Positions 45,601 through 59,000 of a stretch of DNA of 64,000 nt are shown one piece after another. The stretch spans positions 6,198,849-6,262,848 of the forward strand of contig CM082583.2 in the NCBI GenBank assembly GCA_040954595.2, written 5' to 3'. Both the position numbers and the translations under genes were made by a program. Below the pieces are notes generated by a model. The model was not told the DNA's origin, did not search any database, and saw nothing but the letters and a program-made list of their open reading frames with translations. This DNA is from Balanoglossus misakiensis. Lineage: Eukaryota; Animalia; Hemichordata. Position 1 is the stretch's first letter. Each line of letters begins with the position of its first letter.

Positions 45601-48600
45601 GTATATAGCTCAAGATTTCAGCGATAGTTCTGAGACCCTGATCCTGTCATAACTTTCCAAATACAGTGGTTTCTGAGGTTTCAAACATTGTTCTGTCTGT
45701 CTTCTACTTCAAGTGATCCATCCAGGTGACTTCACTTGTTGTTTTTTTCAGTCGTTGTGAACTGTGTTGAAATATTGGTCAAATAGTCATACCACATTTA
45801 TAATCCCACAAATACCACATGTTGTTCATCTTCACTTTTTTTTTACTATTACCAGATTATACTCGGTTTGTACAATCCAGGAGATGGTCACATCGACCCG
45901 TACTCCTTGACGCAAGCCTACGCCATCGGTGCGCGGAAATACGGAGCCGAAATTTACCAGCATTCTCCCGTGTTGGGATTGAAACAGACCAGCGACGGGA
46001 AATGGGATGTGGAGACAAACCATGGAACAATTCGGGCAAATCGAATTATCAATGCATCAGGTCAGTCTCAGAAGTTAAAGGAAATTATATTGCAGGTTTT
46101 ACTGTAGCATGATGAGGGCTTTCTCCATAAAAGTCGCGCCACTGATGTGACTCTTTCACCTTCTGTAGAAGCAACAAACCGTGTCAAAAGTTCACAGGGT
46201 GAATAAACCCACAATCTGATATTACACACCTTCCATGAAGCCCTTAAAAGGGATATGTGTGGTAATTTAAAACACAGCAAACACAGCATACTCATGTCTG
46301 TGTTTGCCATATGTTACATAAGTGCTAGAGCACCTGTTATTTCCCACTTGACCTTTGCCCTCCATCCTGCAATAACAGTGTGCTTTCATGATTCATGATT
46401 CTACCTTTGTGTATATTGTTGGAGAAAATATGATTTCCAAAATAAAAGCCGGTCAACGTACATAACACTACGAATTCGGCCTAAAATATTGACAGTTGAG
46501 AATTTTTTTTGTAAAAGCTGGGTGAGTATTCAAAAATAGCAATCTAACTAGTTTTGCATTTCGGGGCATTGATAACCAAGACTTAAACTTTGCAAATGTT
46601 TTTGTGCAAAATCTTACACGGCTGATTTTAATAACGATACAGGTTTCTGGGCTCAAGAAGTCGGCCGAATGATCGGCCAGGAACTTCCCTTGATACCTGT
46701 CCACCATCAGTATGTAATCACGTCAACAATACCTGAAGTCAAGGCATTGGAGAAAGAACCACCGGTTATACGAGACTTAGACGGCTCGTACTATCTGCGA
46801 CAGGAGCGAAGCGGTCTACTTATCGGGCCGTACGAAGCCCCGGAAAAAATGAAACTACAAGAGGAATGGGTCACCGAAGGAGTACCCCCAGGTAATGCAA
46901 AATAAAGTGTCTTCTTACAACTTTCTGTACCCCAAAAATATTTAAATCCTTTCATATTAATGGAGGTTGCAGTTAATTATCATGGGTATTTCGATGAAAA
47001 AGTATGCAAATATATGGAATGTAAAAAGCTTTGTTTCTGTTGAATGCCTTGCTGATTTATAAATCCATCCATGAAACCACTACAGGAAGCAAAAGTGTTC
47101 CTGACAATCAGTGTTAATGATGATTACACACGCATTATTTTTCACACTTTTAGATATCACCTAATATTATATAAGCTCAAATTTGTCTTTCTTATAAAAT
47201 TGAAAGGAAATTAACAACAAAACGGATTTAGATTTGTTCACAGAGGAAATCAGCTTGTCATGCACTGACACGTTTTGAATAAATAAATCACTATATTGTT
47301 AATTAAATGAAAGTTATAGAACTTAAAACCAAATGAAGTCAGGAATTCAATCATGTCTGGTCATGCTCAGATTTAGATCCCAATTTGAACTGTGGTGGCG
47401 CGCTACAATGCTTGGACATCAGCTACAGTTTTGAAAGGAGCAAACCAGACAATCTTCAGAACAACAAATCATGTCTGGTCATGTACAAGTTGATTCTCAG
47501 TATGCCCTGTGGTGGTGCTATACGTTACGCTCTGTTCATATACTGACAGTGCCGATTTAAGGAATTTTGTTCGCCTGTCAAAAGCAAAGATTTATGTCAA
47601 AGTATGCCTACATGACAGAATGTATCCCGAAACTCTTGTATATGGCAAAACTCCCCACCATCAAAGGTAGTCTGGTTGATGGCTTGCGTGTACGCCACCT
47701 AGCTCTCTCTAAAGTAAATTAAAGTGTGCAAAGTTGGCACTGGTAGCTGTTCAATCTTCAATGAAATATTTCTCTGTAGGATTTGGCCGAGAGCTCTACG
47801 AGAGCGACTTAGACAGAATCAGCGACAACCTGGAAGCGGCTATGGAGAGGGTACCGGTGTTGAAAACAGCCGATATTCAGAGCGTGGTCTGCGGTCCGAT
47901 CACCTACACACCAGATATCTTACCGTTGGTGGGGCCCTACCAGGGTCTTCATAATTATTGGTGTCTGGCGGGTTTTGGGTAAGTTCCTGCAGATGTCTCC
48001 GTTTTATTGTTACAGTAAATAAAATAGTTGTGTATATGTTACATGAAATTCTCCTAAATTTATTTGTATGTCGAATGATGAAGACTGTAGAATATTGGAT
48101 TAAGATATATTTCAACCCTCTCAGATGCCTAAATCTCTATTACTCTGGGTAACTTTTGATATGTTACCTGAAACTTGGACGTGAAAGGGTAATTATTAAA
48201 TAAAAACAATCACAGCTGATTGGATAGCAGTTAGCAATTATATATCCAGCAATATTACTGCCACAATTCGTTCAGAAATAAGTGAGCGATATTCAGACAT
48301 TTTTTCTGTTTGCTTTTCTTTCCAGATATGGCATCATCCACTCCGGCGGTGTCGGCAAGTATCTCTCCGACTGGATCATGGATGGCGAGCCGCCCTACGA
48401 TCTGATCGAATGTGATCCCAACAGATTCGGCAAGTGGGCGACGCGGGAGTACGTGGCGGCCAAAGCCAGGGAGTCTTACGGTTTCAACAACGTCGTCGTT
48501 TATCCGTTTGAGGAACGGTTTGCCGGCCGGCCGACGGCGAGGAAAACTGGGGCTTACGAGAGGATGAAGGAACGAGGGGCTGAATTTGGTTTCCATGCCG

Positions 48601-51222
48601 GTATGTCCGTCTTTCCGAGTTGATTTCAGTTGGTCTGACAGTTGTGCATGTACAGTATAATGAAATTTGAGGTTGAATAGTTTTGACAATTTTCAAACAC
48701 CAAAAGCCAAAAATCAAAAGAGAAATGAAAGAATTTTCAGATTTTGTTGCATTCACCAATGCACGCTTTTGGAACCTTGTCAGCGATAGCAGCTAGTCAA
48801 CACACTCATCAAATCCTTCAGTACCACAACAACTTATAACTGCATCATGTCACCATCACGTTTTCTCTCAGATTTTTAGCTGGTTTGCAAAAAATAAAAC
48901 ATTGTGCGATTTTTGACTTAATTCTCTACAGGATGGGAACAACCCAGTTGGTTTGCACTGCCAGGTGACGATGAAGGATACAAGCCAAGTTTCCGCCGCA
49001 CAAACTGGTTTGAACCGGTCGGGAGAGAGTGTCGTATGGTGATGGAAAAAGCTGGTGTCATCGACATTAGTCCCTTTGGAAAACTTGATGTGAAGGGGAA
49101 GGACGCTTCTCGACTGATGGATTATTTGTTTGCCAATAATATGCCAAAGGTAAATGCTGGAATTCGCGTCAAAAATATGTAGACAGGCAGTCATATTGCT
49201 GACTTTCTAAGGTTCTTCTCCTAAAGTTTCCTAAAGGTGGCTCAGAGATAGTGCTGCCCTCAGGGCAGACGTATGCAATGCTGTAACCTCATGTATGCAC
49301 AGAACAAAATATACAGCTTCTACTCATTTTTCTTACATAATTTTGTATGTTCCACTCACAGGTTGGTCGTACAACAGTTTCTCATTTGATATCTCCCCGT
49401 GGTAGAGTGTATGCTGAAATGACCATCAGCAGAATAGCAGAAGATCACTTCCTGGTCTTGACTGGCTCCGGATCTGAACTCCATGATCAACGGTAAGTTT
49501 AATGGCTGAATCAGCACTTGTTGTAAACATTTCAGCAGATTTATTCATAAAGAGGTTTTATGCCTGAAAATTTTTTCTGTGCAGATGGATTGAGGAGCAA
49601 GTGTTCCAGGGCAAATTTGACGTGGCGATCACCAACATCACCGATGACAAAGCCTGTCTTGGTCTTGCTGGACCAAAGTCCCGAGAAATCCTACAGCAGC
49701 TGACGACCACAGATCTGAGTCACAAGGCTTTCCCGCCGATGATGAATCAGACGATGGAAGTCGGGGGCATCCCAGTCTTTGCAATCAGGTTATCATATAC
49801 AGGTACATATGATCTTCCTGGTGGTGTAGTTTTGCATGAAGATTTCAGTGTGTGCTGTATGAGACTTCAGAATCAAAGATGTCAAGTCCAAAGCTGTTTC
49901 ACTAGAAGAATTTGTAGGCAATTAATGTGATCTGTGGGTCACCATTTTGTTGATGGTGCCAGTGAAACAATCAGTTTCTAGGGAAACTGATGGCAATCCT
50001 GTGTGTGATGTTTGCACCAATGGTAACTACAGTGTTTGATTTTCTTTACACACCAGGTGAACTTGGCTTCGAAATGTACCATGACAGAGAGCACACAGCT
50101 AAGTTATACGATGCTCTGCTGGCGGCTGGCGAACCACACGGCATGGGAGACTTTGGAACCTATGCTCTGAATTCGCTCCGGTTAGAGAAGGGATTCCGTT
50201 TGTGGGGGAGTGAGGTGGGTATTTAACTTTTATGGCAATCAAGACTGAATCAAAATACAGCCCTGAAATCACTGTCCTGTACTCTTTTTTTAATAAAAAA
50301 AAAATTTCTTTAAATTTAAAAATAAAAAAAAAAATATCATGTTCAATGCTGGATATTTCTTATGTAATAGATCTATTTTTCGTTCTCTTTCAGATGATCA
50401 TGGATAACAATCCACTAGAGGCTGGTTTAGATTTCTTCATCAAACTAAACAAGGTTTGCTTTTAACTTGTTCCCTTAAAAGTTATTCATTACTGACATTT
50501 GCAAAATATGAAGATACATGTACCTTTGGCATTAGGTACTGTATGCCCAGTCAACAACAACTGAACCAAACTTATTCTGGACATATAGTTTATTCAGATA
50601 AACTCAAGAATTTAGCCTTCACTGTCTTTAACTAATGAAACCCTCATTGCATTGCCCGCAGAAAACTGACTTCATTGGCAAGCAGGCGCTGATCAAGATG
50701 AAGGAGGAAGGACTCAGGCGGAAGTTGGTCCTGTTGTCAGTGGATACAGATAATATCGACGCCGAAGGCAACGAGACAATCTGGTTGGATGGCAAGGTGA
50801 GTAAAAATCTGACATACAATGATACATGCATGTGTTTTGAAGGGAGCAGAGCGGGTGATAGAGTATGGGGAGCTTGTGTGTGTGTTTGCGGAACTCTCAC
50901 ATTCACTCCACTGCAACAACACATTCACAGAAAGACACTCAGAAAATTCAAACTCCTATTAAACACAATGCTGGAGGAATTACAAAACTCTCATATTCTT
51001 TGTTACTTTCAGGTGGTCGGCAACACAACATCCGGCGGTTACAGTTACAACACAAACCAAAGCGTCGCCTACGCGTACCTGCCCATGAATCTGACATCAG
51101 TTGGAACCAAAGTCAACGTAGAGTTAGTCGGCAAACATTACACTGGTACGGTCATACCGGAGCCCCTTATGGAGACAGAGTCTGTCAGAACAAGAAAGCT
51201 GTTAAAGAAACAAAAACAGTAA
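42673..51222 (+). CDS. DMGDH: Dimethylglycine dehydrogenase, mitochondrial
   Basis: 15 exons: 42673-42782 (Arg/Ser-rich transit peptide), 44152-44323, 45042-45140, 45318-45482, 45856-46060, 46643-46891, 47780-47978, 48326-48600, 48932-49149, 49362-49492, 49585-49802, 50057-50214, 50394-50453, 50662-50796, 51013-51222 (TAA). Motifs IIGGGCVG (FAD), [10 protein letters not shown]|AG (covalent FAD His), [30 protein letters not shown]|GELG, LRLEKG. Confidence 0.95.
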
Positions 51223-51841
51223 AAAAATCCCCCCCCCCAAAAAAAAAATTGAGACGAGAGCTTGACTTCTTTGTGAGATATCAAATTTGTGTATAAAGGG
51301 AAACAATTTATGATAGAATGGTGGCTGTGAGTACATTTTACTTGCGTTGACTTTCCAAAAACATATCAATTCTGCCTACCTCAAATAGGTTTTTGGCTAC
51401 CTAGGTGAGTGATGAAAATCACAATTTCAAGATGGCCGATTGTGCCATGTTTAAGTTCAAAAGCCAAAGTGATACTGGGTCATTCTGAAACGTTGCAATT
51501 ATTATAATGTAATTTGACCCCTTATCACTGAACAAAAACCTATATATGGTAGCCAGAATACAAGTTGGTTGATCAGAAAAATTTCAGAAATTAAATCAAA
51601 TCCTGTATTTGTAATATTGTGGTAACACACAATTATGTTTGCTTTGTAGCAGAAAATGAATGGATACTGACCAATGAGGGCAGTATGTAGTGGAAGTACA
51701 GTAATTATTATAGGGGCATTGTATGTTGGAGGACTTTGTGGGGTTTCAGACTTTGATAATTCAGAGAACATTATGTTTCTGAAAAAGTATAATTTGGTGT
51801 GGAAGTAAAACCTCACGGATTTCTATGCTCCAGGTCGACCT

Positions 51842-51938
51842 TTAACCCTATTCACCACCATGGTTTGGTCCTAATCATTTGTCTTCTATGGTAAAGTTGG
51901 ACCTCTATAGTGGGAAATGGGGGGTGAAAGGTTTTTAA
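51842..51938. mobile_element. Short piggyBac-like MITE in the DMGDH 3' region
   Basis: ttaaccctattcaccacc ... gggggtgaaaggtttttaa: degenerate TTAA-CCC type terminal inverted repeats around about 60 bp. Confidence 0.5.
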
Positions 51939-52263
51939 ACGAAATTCTCATGCATATGAATGTCACTGCTTTGTGAAATGAAATTTCAGGTATTCATGTT
52001 CATGTATATTTCAGTTAACTCAAAAATTGTCATAAAATCCCAGAGCTTCCAGAAATGTGAATGAAACTCTATTTTTAATGTGAACTTTTGGTGACTAATT
52101 TTTTATATGAAGTTTATGCAACTGTAAGTTGCTGGAGGAATATTTCAGTTTATGAATAAAGTCGGTGACATCAAGAGGCAAGATGCTATTGTATTGCGCC
52201 TCCCTTTATTATTTTCTATTCGTGTATTTGATAATGATTTTAACGGTATGATCATACTGTGGG

Positions 52264-52345
52264 TGATTGATTGATTGATTGATTGATCGATCGATCGATT
52301 GCTTGGCTGGCTGGCTGACTGGTTGGTTGGTTGGTTGGTTGGTTG
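52264..52345. repeat. (TTGA)n/(TCGA)n/(CTGG)n/(TTGG)n compound tetranucleotide repeat
   Basis: Directly visible downstream of the DMGDH AATAAA at about 52155. Confidence 0.85.
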
Positions 52346-54009
52346 ACGGTTTCAGAAATGGGGGATTGGGTTAGGTTAAAGCAATGGACACATTTAAACA
52401 AGGACCGGTTGCCGTAATAGACATGTGGTTATCCAATGGCCGATTATCCCACGTCAGAAGACTTGCAGGGGTCGTGAGGCCAAATATTAAGGATGTCGGG
52501 TCAGTCACTTTTTACAGGACATAGACCCTGTGGTATAGCGTATAAAGACGCATTGAAATAATCCGAAAGATTTTTAAAAACCAATAAACGGATAATTTAA
52601 TCGACAAAACTTGGAGGCATATAGGTTCGTGGGCATCCTTGCTTAGGCAACTTCGCGGGCATCACAGAAGAGATTGTGGATGACGGAAAGTGTTGAAACA
52701 ATAAAATCCGATCAGATCAAGTATAGGATCACGCCATATTTTGACCTTTCCACGATATGTAAACTTTGGCCGCATTATGTTATCAGTAACAATCCTGTGA
52801 GGTGGAGGGGTCACCTTCGCCAGTCAAACTCGGTTTATTCGGGTGTATTTCCAGTGGAAGTCGCCGGAAAACCACATTTAACCCGTGCGACTGGTCCAGA
52901 CGACACTGAATTCGATGGGTAAGCCGCAGAATTTGTATAATATAGAAAACGGTGGTGTATAGAGAGCCCTAGAATGCCTAGATCTATATCTTTCAACTAT
53001 AGGGAATTGTTCTTAGGCTCTGATTAGTCTCAAAGCACCTCACATGGCCACGAGTTATTTACATGTAACTGTGCCATACTGAAACGGCACAAGCAGGGCC
53101 ATAACCACAAACAATCCCAAATCAGAACCTTAAAAGGACCCAAACCGACCTACACAAGGACTATAACACCGGCCTAGAACATTTATGACAAACAGACCTA
53201 GACATCACATCTTGAAAAACAGACTGAACTTTGACCAGCCCAATTTATAAAGTTCTCGTATACTATTTGTGTAGTGTGCGAGAAGGTCCGACTATGGCTG
53301 TGTCTGACTTATATTAGACCTGACTTGAAAATATTAGACCGAGCTGCCATACCAGGACGCTATTGGCATAACGAGTAGGCTAGGCTACCTTTGATAAAGA
53401 ACAGTCCTAGAACAAACCAAGTTGATGAGCAGTTTCTGAAAAAAAATGACCAAAACGACAAATATAACCCCCAAACATTAGCCTTATTCCGAGAACACCT
53501 GCTATATATTTTTTAAACTTTCACACCTTTGGTACCATGCATACCTCTTTGAACTGAAAAGAAATCGGAAAGCCATTTCTGCGAAAAAGAGTTTTCTTTT
53601 ACCAAACCCGGCAAAATTATCATAGACTGCAATATTGTATATGTATATTCACCATAGCGCTTGCACGTTGAGGTAATCCTTGGGCCAAATTTCATACAAA
53701 TCAGGCAAGTAATTTTGGATAATTAATATTGGACCAAAAGTCACACAAATGTCTTCCAATATATACATGTACATGTTCAAATCTACATATACTCACGGAT
53801 ACTATAATTTGAAGAAATTTAAAAGAGTGTCCCTGCCTCCCCCACACCCCCATTGACATATGACCAGTCCCTTATAAGAAATCATGATGTTACAAAGAAG
53901 ATATCTCAGTACCACGGGTTGAAAACAATACAACGTCAAGGTTGGGGTCGACTTGCAGACGTAAGACATTCAGGAAAGATTTACAACTTCGAGATTTCCT
54001 TTCACAGCC

Positions 54010-55980
54010 ATGGCACTTTTGAGGGTAAAATCTGTCGGTTGTCAGACATGGATGGTCGGATGCGCGTTGTCGGGGAGAGCGCTGTCTTCCTCACGCTGGT
54101 TAGCCAAGAAAGATGATGCCAAAAGGTTAGTGCAACGCCTGTGTGCGACTTTAATCGGAGTGTCTTGCGAGTCGCAAAAGTGCAATGTTTCTGCCGGGTG
54201 AATTTAGAAGGGCATTTCTTAAAAAGTAAACCTAATGACATTCACGAAGTCTTTGCGGCGACGCTCGTATTCATTTGTGTGCATGTATATTACAATCCTC
54301 CATTTTACTGGTCTAACAAGATGTTATGGTATATCTTATCGAATTTTGTTTGAAAAGGGGCGTTGACAAAGTTGATACAGCACGGGGTACCAACTTATAC
54401 ATATATGTACATTTAAAATGAGAAATCGCATAGAACGTGAATAACTGCATATGTCGTACAAGCTTCTGTAGTCACCGTTTCAAGATTTAGGATTCCACTG
54501 TTTTGTACTGTGTCTAGTGCAGGCTTTGCGGAAAATTGATCATTACGTAATAAAAGTCGCCGCGCTTGAGGTAGGCTTCCGATTAAAATGATCTCAGGCT
54601 ATAGTTGCAATCTGTAAATCAGCTTTGTTCTGTTGTATGTACAGGGCATGATGGGGGTCTGTTCTGGTCAAAATTATGTTTTTTTATTGAATGTGGTATA
54701 AATAATTTTAGGCAGACTGGAATTAATCATCAAACAAATTGAATATGATAAAGTGTTTTTTTAAATCAACAAAAATGGTCCTCACGAATCAGTAAATTTA
54801 TTGAGGAAATTTCTTCAAATGACTGCAGCCTTTAGTTCAAAAAGTCGGGTGACGTCACAAACGTTTACAACGCTTGGTGGCGACATGTACAATTTCCGAA
54901 CAGACCTCAATCACTTTGACCACCAGGTGCGAATCTGTCTGGCACTTCAATACATATTTAAATTTTGTGAACGGGCCTGCTGAATTGGGTCAACGCTCGG
55001 GTCAACGTAAATTGGAGCGTCTATGTTGCACACATGTTCCAAGAGTGTAGAGCCTAATTGACCAATCACAAGTGTAGTAATTAGTACTGACCAATCAGAA
55101 TTGTCGGGTCGAAATTAATAATTAATTAGCCAAACAGGGACCGAGTGACCTCGATTGCATGTCGTGCACGTGTATGCTGGCCGAATTGTTTGTATAAACA
55201 GGTAGACTACACTTGTGATTGGTCAATTAGGCTCTACACTCTTGGAACATGTGTGCAACGTAGACGCTCCAATTTACGTTGACCCGAGCGTTGACCAAAT
55301 TCAATAGCCTGTTCACAAAATTTAAATATAAACCAGACAGATTCGCACCTGGTGGGCGAAGAGATTGAGGTCTGTTCGGGAATTCTGAATGTCGCCATCA
55401 AGCGTTAGAAACTTTCGTGACGTCACCCGACTTTTGAATTAAAGGCTGTAGTTATTTGAAGAAACAAATACTGTAACGTGTGGACCATTTTGTTGATTTA
55501 AAAAAAAATATTATATTCACTTTTGTTTGATTTTTTTCCTGGTGAATAAAATTACCCAAGACTGCCACACACGAGAGAAAATAGCTGTGCAATAGTTATA
55601 TTAAAGTTGTTAACTTATTAATTGGTGAACTAATTAATTGAACACGACTGTTCACAACAAATTCATAAAAATCAAAAAAGTCATTCACAGCCAGGGTCCG
55701 CCATTTTGATTTAAGGAAGCGTGCGCAAAGGATTGTGGGGCCGACCAAAATTAATTCGACAGCACATAAAGCTAATTCGAGACACATCTCCCCAGGTACT
55801 CAACAAGTAATTTGAAAAACCGAGTAAAAGACACAGCCAATGCCGTCATCGTCGGTGGTGGCGCCTTGGGGACAGCCACGGCTTACCACTTGGCCAAGGG
55901 GGGAATGAAAGATGTGGTGTTACTCGAGAAGACAGAGCTGACAGCCGGATCTACTTGGCATGCTGTGAGTATGTAGAGTG

Positions 55981-56055
<75 letters not shown>

Positions 56056-59000
56056 CCATCGTTCTATTAACCATTATCCATTAAACATGCCAGGAAAGGG
56101 AACGCACAAGTGTAAACTTCATGACTGATGACGTCCACTCATCATTTTCTCCTCGGGACAGGCAGGGTTGACCACTCACTATCAGGCCAATGTTAACATG
56201 AAGAAGGTCACGTACCACAGTCTGAAAGTCTACGGAGAAATAGCTGAAGAGACCGGCCAGGTAAGAATTTTCTATTGAAGGCGCTGAGAAAGAAGGTTAT
56301 GCGAACCGAAGCCTCTAGTCCATATATGGGACCTATATACGAAAATGCATGGTTGATTGTGAATAAACCAGGTACATGTATCGCCATCGAGCGGGCTGAG
56401 CGACCACGCCCCTTTTAATGTAACAGTGCACAGAAGCTCAATATAGGATTGATCTTCATATAATCCTATGAACATTTTGTGTAATCGTATTAACATATTC
56501 AATACGCGAGGCTACATGTAATAGCCGTACACCTATATTTTCTTTTCTTCCTCCCTTACCAGCAAGTTGGTTTCCATCGATGTGGAAGTATTCGACTGGC
56601 CAAAGTGCCGGAGAGAGTTGACGAGTTTCGCTATCAGATGCACCGTCATGGTTCACACGTCGGCAAAATCCCCCAGCGAATAGTGTGGCCCGAGGAAATT
56701 CAGAAACTACATCCACTGCTGGACGTCAATAAGGTGAATATTCATTGGTTATGATGGATTTGTTGATGACCAGTCCGAATCGGGATTGGTCATCATCAAA
56801 CGCTACAAGTAAAATGTTTGATCACTTTAGATGTAATAATCTCTAATCACGTTTCACCCTTCGTTTTTGAACAATTTGATAACTATATACTGGGGTTAAG
56901 TGTTTGTTGTTCAAATGTTAGATTCTAGCCGGTCTGTACATGCCCGAGGACGGTCACATCGACCCGTACTCCTTGACGCAAGCCTACGCGGCCGGTGCGC
57001 GGAAATACGGAGCCGAAATTTACCAGCATTCTCCCGTGTTGGGATTGAAACAGACCAGCGACGGGAAATGGGATGTGGAGACGCAACACGGAACAATTCG
57101 AGCCAACCACGTGGTCAATGCTGCTGGTAAAGTAGGCTTCTGATCTATTTTAGAAATTCGACAAGACATCAATCTTGCGATCTTTAATATGCGCGGAACA
57201 AACTAATAGGCCTACCTGCCTAGTCCACATATATTTGTTTACCCCGGAGTTATATTTTTTTAAAACCGTTTCCAAGGTGCTTCTGAATATTTTATGAACT
57301 CGAACTAGTTTCAATCTATCACATCAGTTGAATGTTTCGCACCTTGTTGGATTATTGAGAAATACCAACAGGTACAGGCCCCGCTTTTGAGATTGGGGCC
57401 TTGGTTGTCGACACACTTTCCAGAACACGACCGACATTGCATGATCGAATACTCCACTGACATGCGTGAATTCTTGATATCACTTGGTAGGTTTTTGGTC
57501 CAGAGAAATTGCTAAAATGGTTGGCATTGAGATACCCGTGTTGACAGTGGAACACCAGTATGTTGTGACGTCGAGCGTACCCGAGGTGCAAGCCCTGCCT
57601 CGGGAACTCCCGGTGGCACGTGACCTAGAAGGGTCGTACTACATTCGACAAGAGAGGACGGGACTCTTGATTGGTCCGTACGAACCTGCCGAGAAAATGA
57701 AAATGAAGCTTGATTGGATGGACAACGTTCCTCCGGGTAAGGTTTTCGTCGCAACCCATGTATGACATGATGAGCATCGCGCGTGTACGCCTATTCCGCG
57801 TGCTGCATTGTTGCCATGGTAATAAGCAGAACTATTACAATTCTTCTTCTTCTTCTTCTTCTTCTAGGATTTGGTCGTGAACTTTTCGAAAGTGACTTGG
57901 ATCGCATCAGCGGCAATTTAGAAGCAGCGATGGAATTAGTTCCGGCGCTGAAAACGGCGGACATCCAGACGGTGGTGAACGGTCCTGTTCCGTTCTCCCC
58001 GGAATCGCTCGGCATTGTGGGACCAAGTTACGGACTCAGAAATTACTGGATCATCAACGGTTCCATGTGAGTACAGATTAATAGGAGAACCTTTTTCTCC
58101 AGACAACCATTGCGGAATATGGGTGAGATGACATCAACAGGTGTCACTCGTTTGAAGAGCGCCACCGGTGTTGGAACTACAAAAAAACAAAGTTCTCTCT
58201 TACGTATTTTTGGCCCAATTTTTAGAAAACTCGGCAATTTTGGGATTTGAATACAAAACATATCACAGCTTCATAAATTAAGGCACGTTTTGGAAAGTCT
58301 AAATATATCTTGTCTTTTGTCCAGAGGTGGAATCGTCTGGTCTGCTGGATTTGCGAAATACCTCAGCGACTGGATGATAAACGGCGAGCCACCTCACGAT
58401 CTGATCGAAGTAGACCCCGCCAAATATGGAAAGTGGACAACGAGGGAATATCTGGTGTCGAAGATCACGGAAAGCTACGCCCTGAATAATCTGGTGGGGC
58501 ACCCGTTCGAAGAGAGACACGCAGGTCGTCCGACTGAGAGAACGTCCACGGCCTACCAGAGAATGAAGGAGAGAGGGGCAATCTTCGGACAGCACGGAGG
58601 TAATGCATGTACACCAGCGCTAGCACACATACGGAACTGAACAGATCAGAATCAGGTTCCGTTTTTTATTTGGACGCGATCACACGCGACTCGGGATTGA
58701 TTTTGTTAATGTTGTACTGTACTCTATGAAGAAAAATTCTCATATGATGGAAAGTTGTTTTTATGCTGTTATAGGGTCATAATAATGGTCGTCGATATTC
58801 TTGCGATAGAACGCAGTTATGGGTGATAAAAGCCCAATCTTGGTAATACATTCGCCGAATTAAAACATTTTCTACCATGTAGGTTGGGAACAGCCGAACT
58901 GGTTTGCACTGCCGGGTGACGACCAAGGGTACAAACCTAGCTTTTATCGAACAAACTGGTTCGAGCCCGTGGGACGGGAATGTAAACTGGTGTCTGAGAG

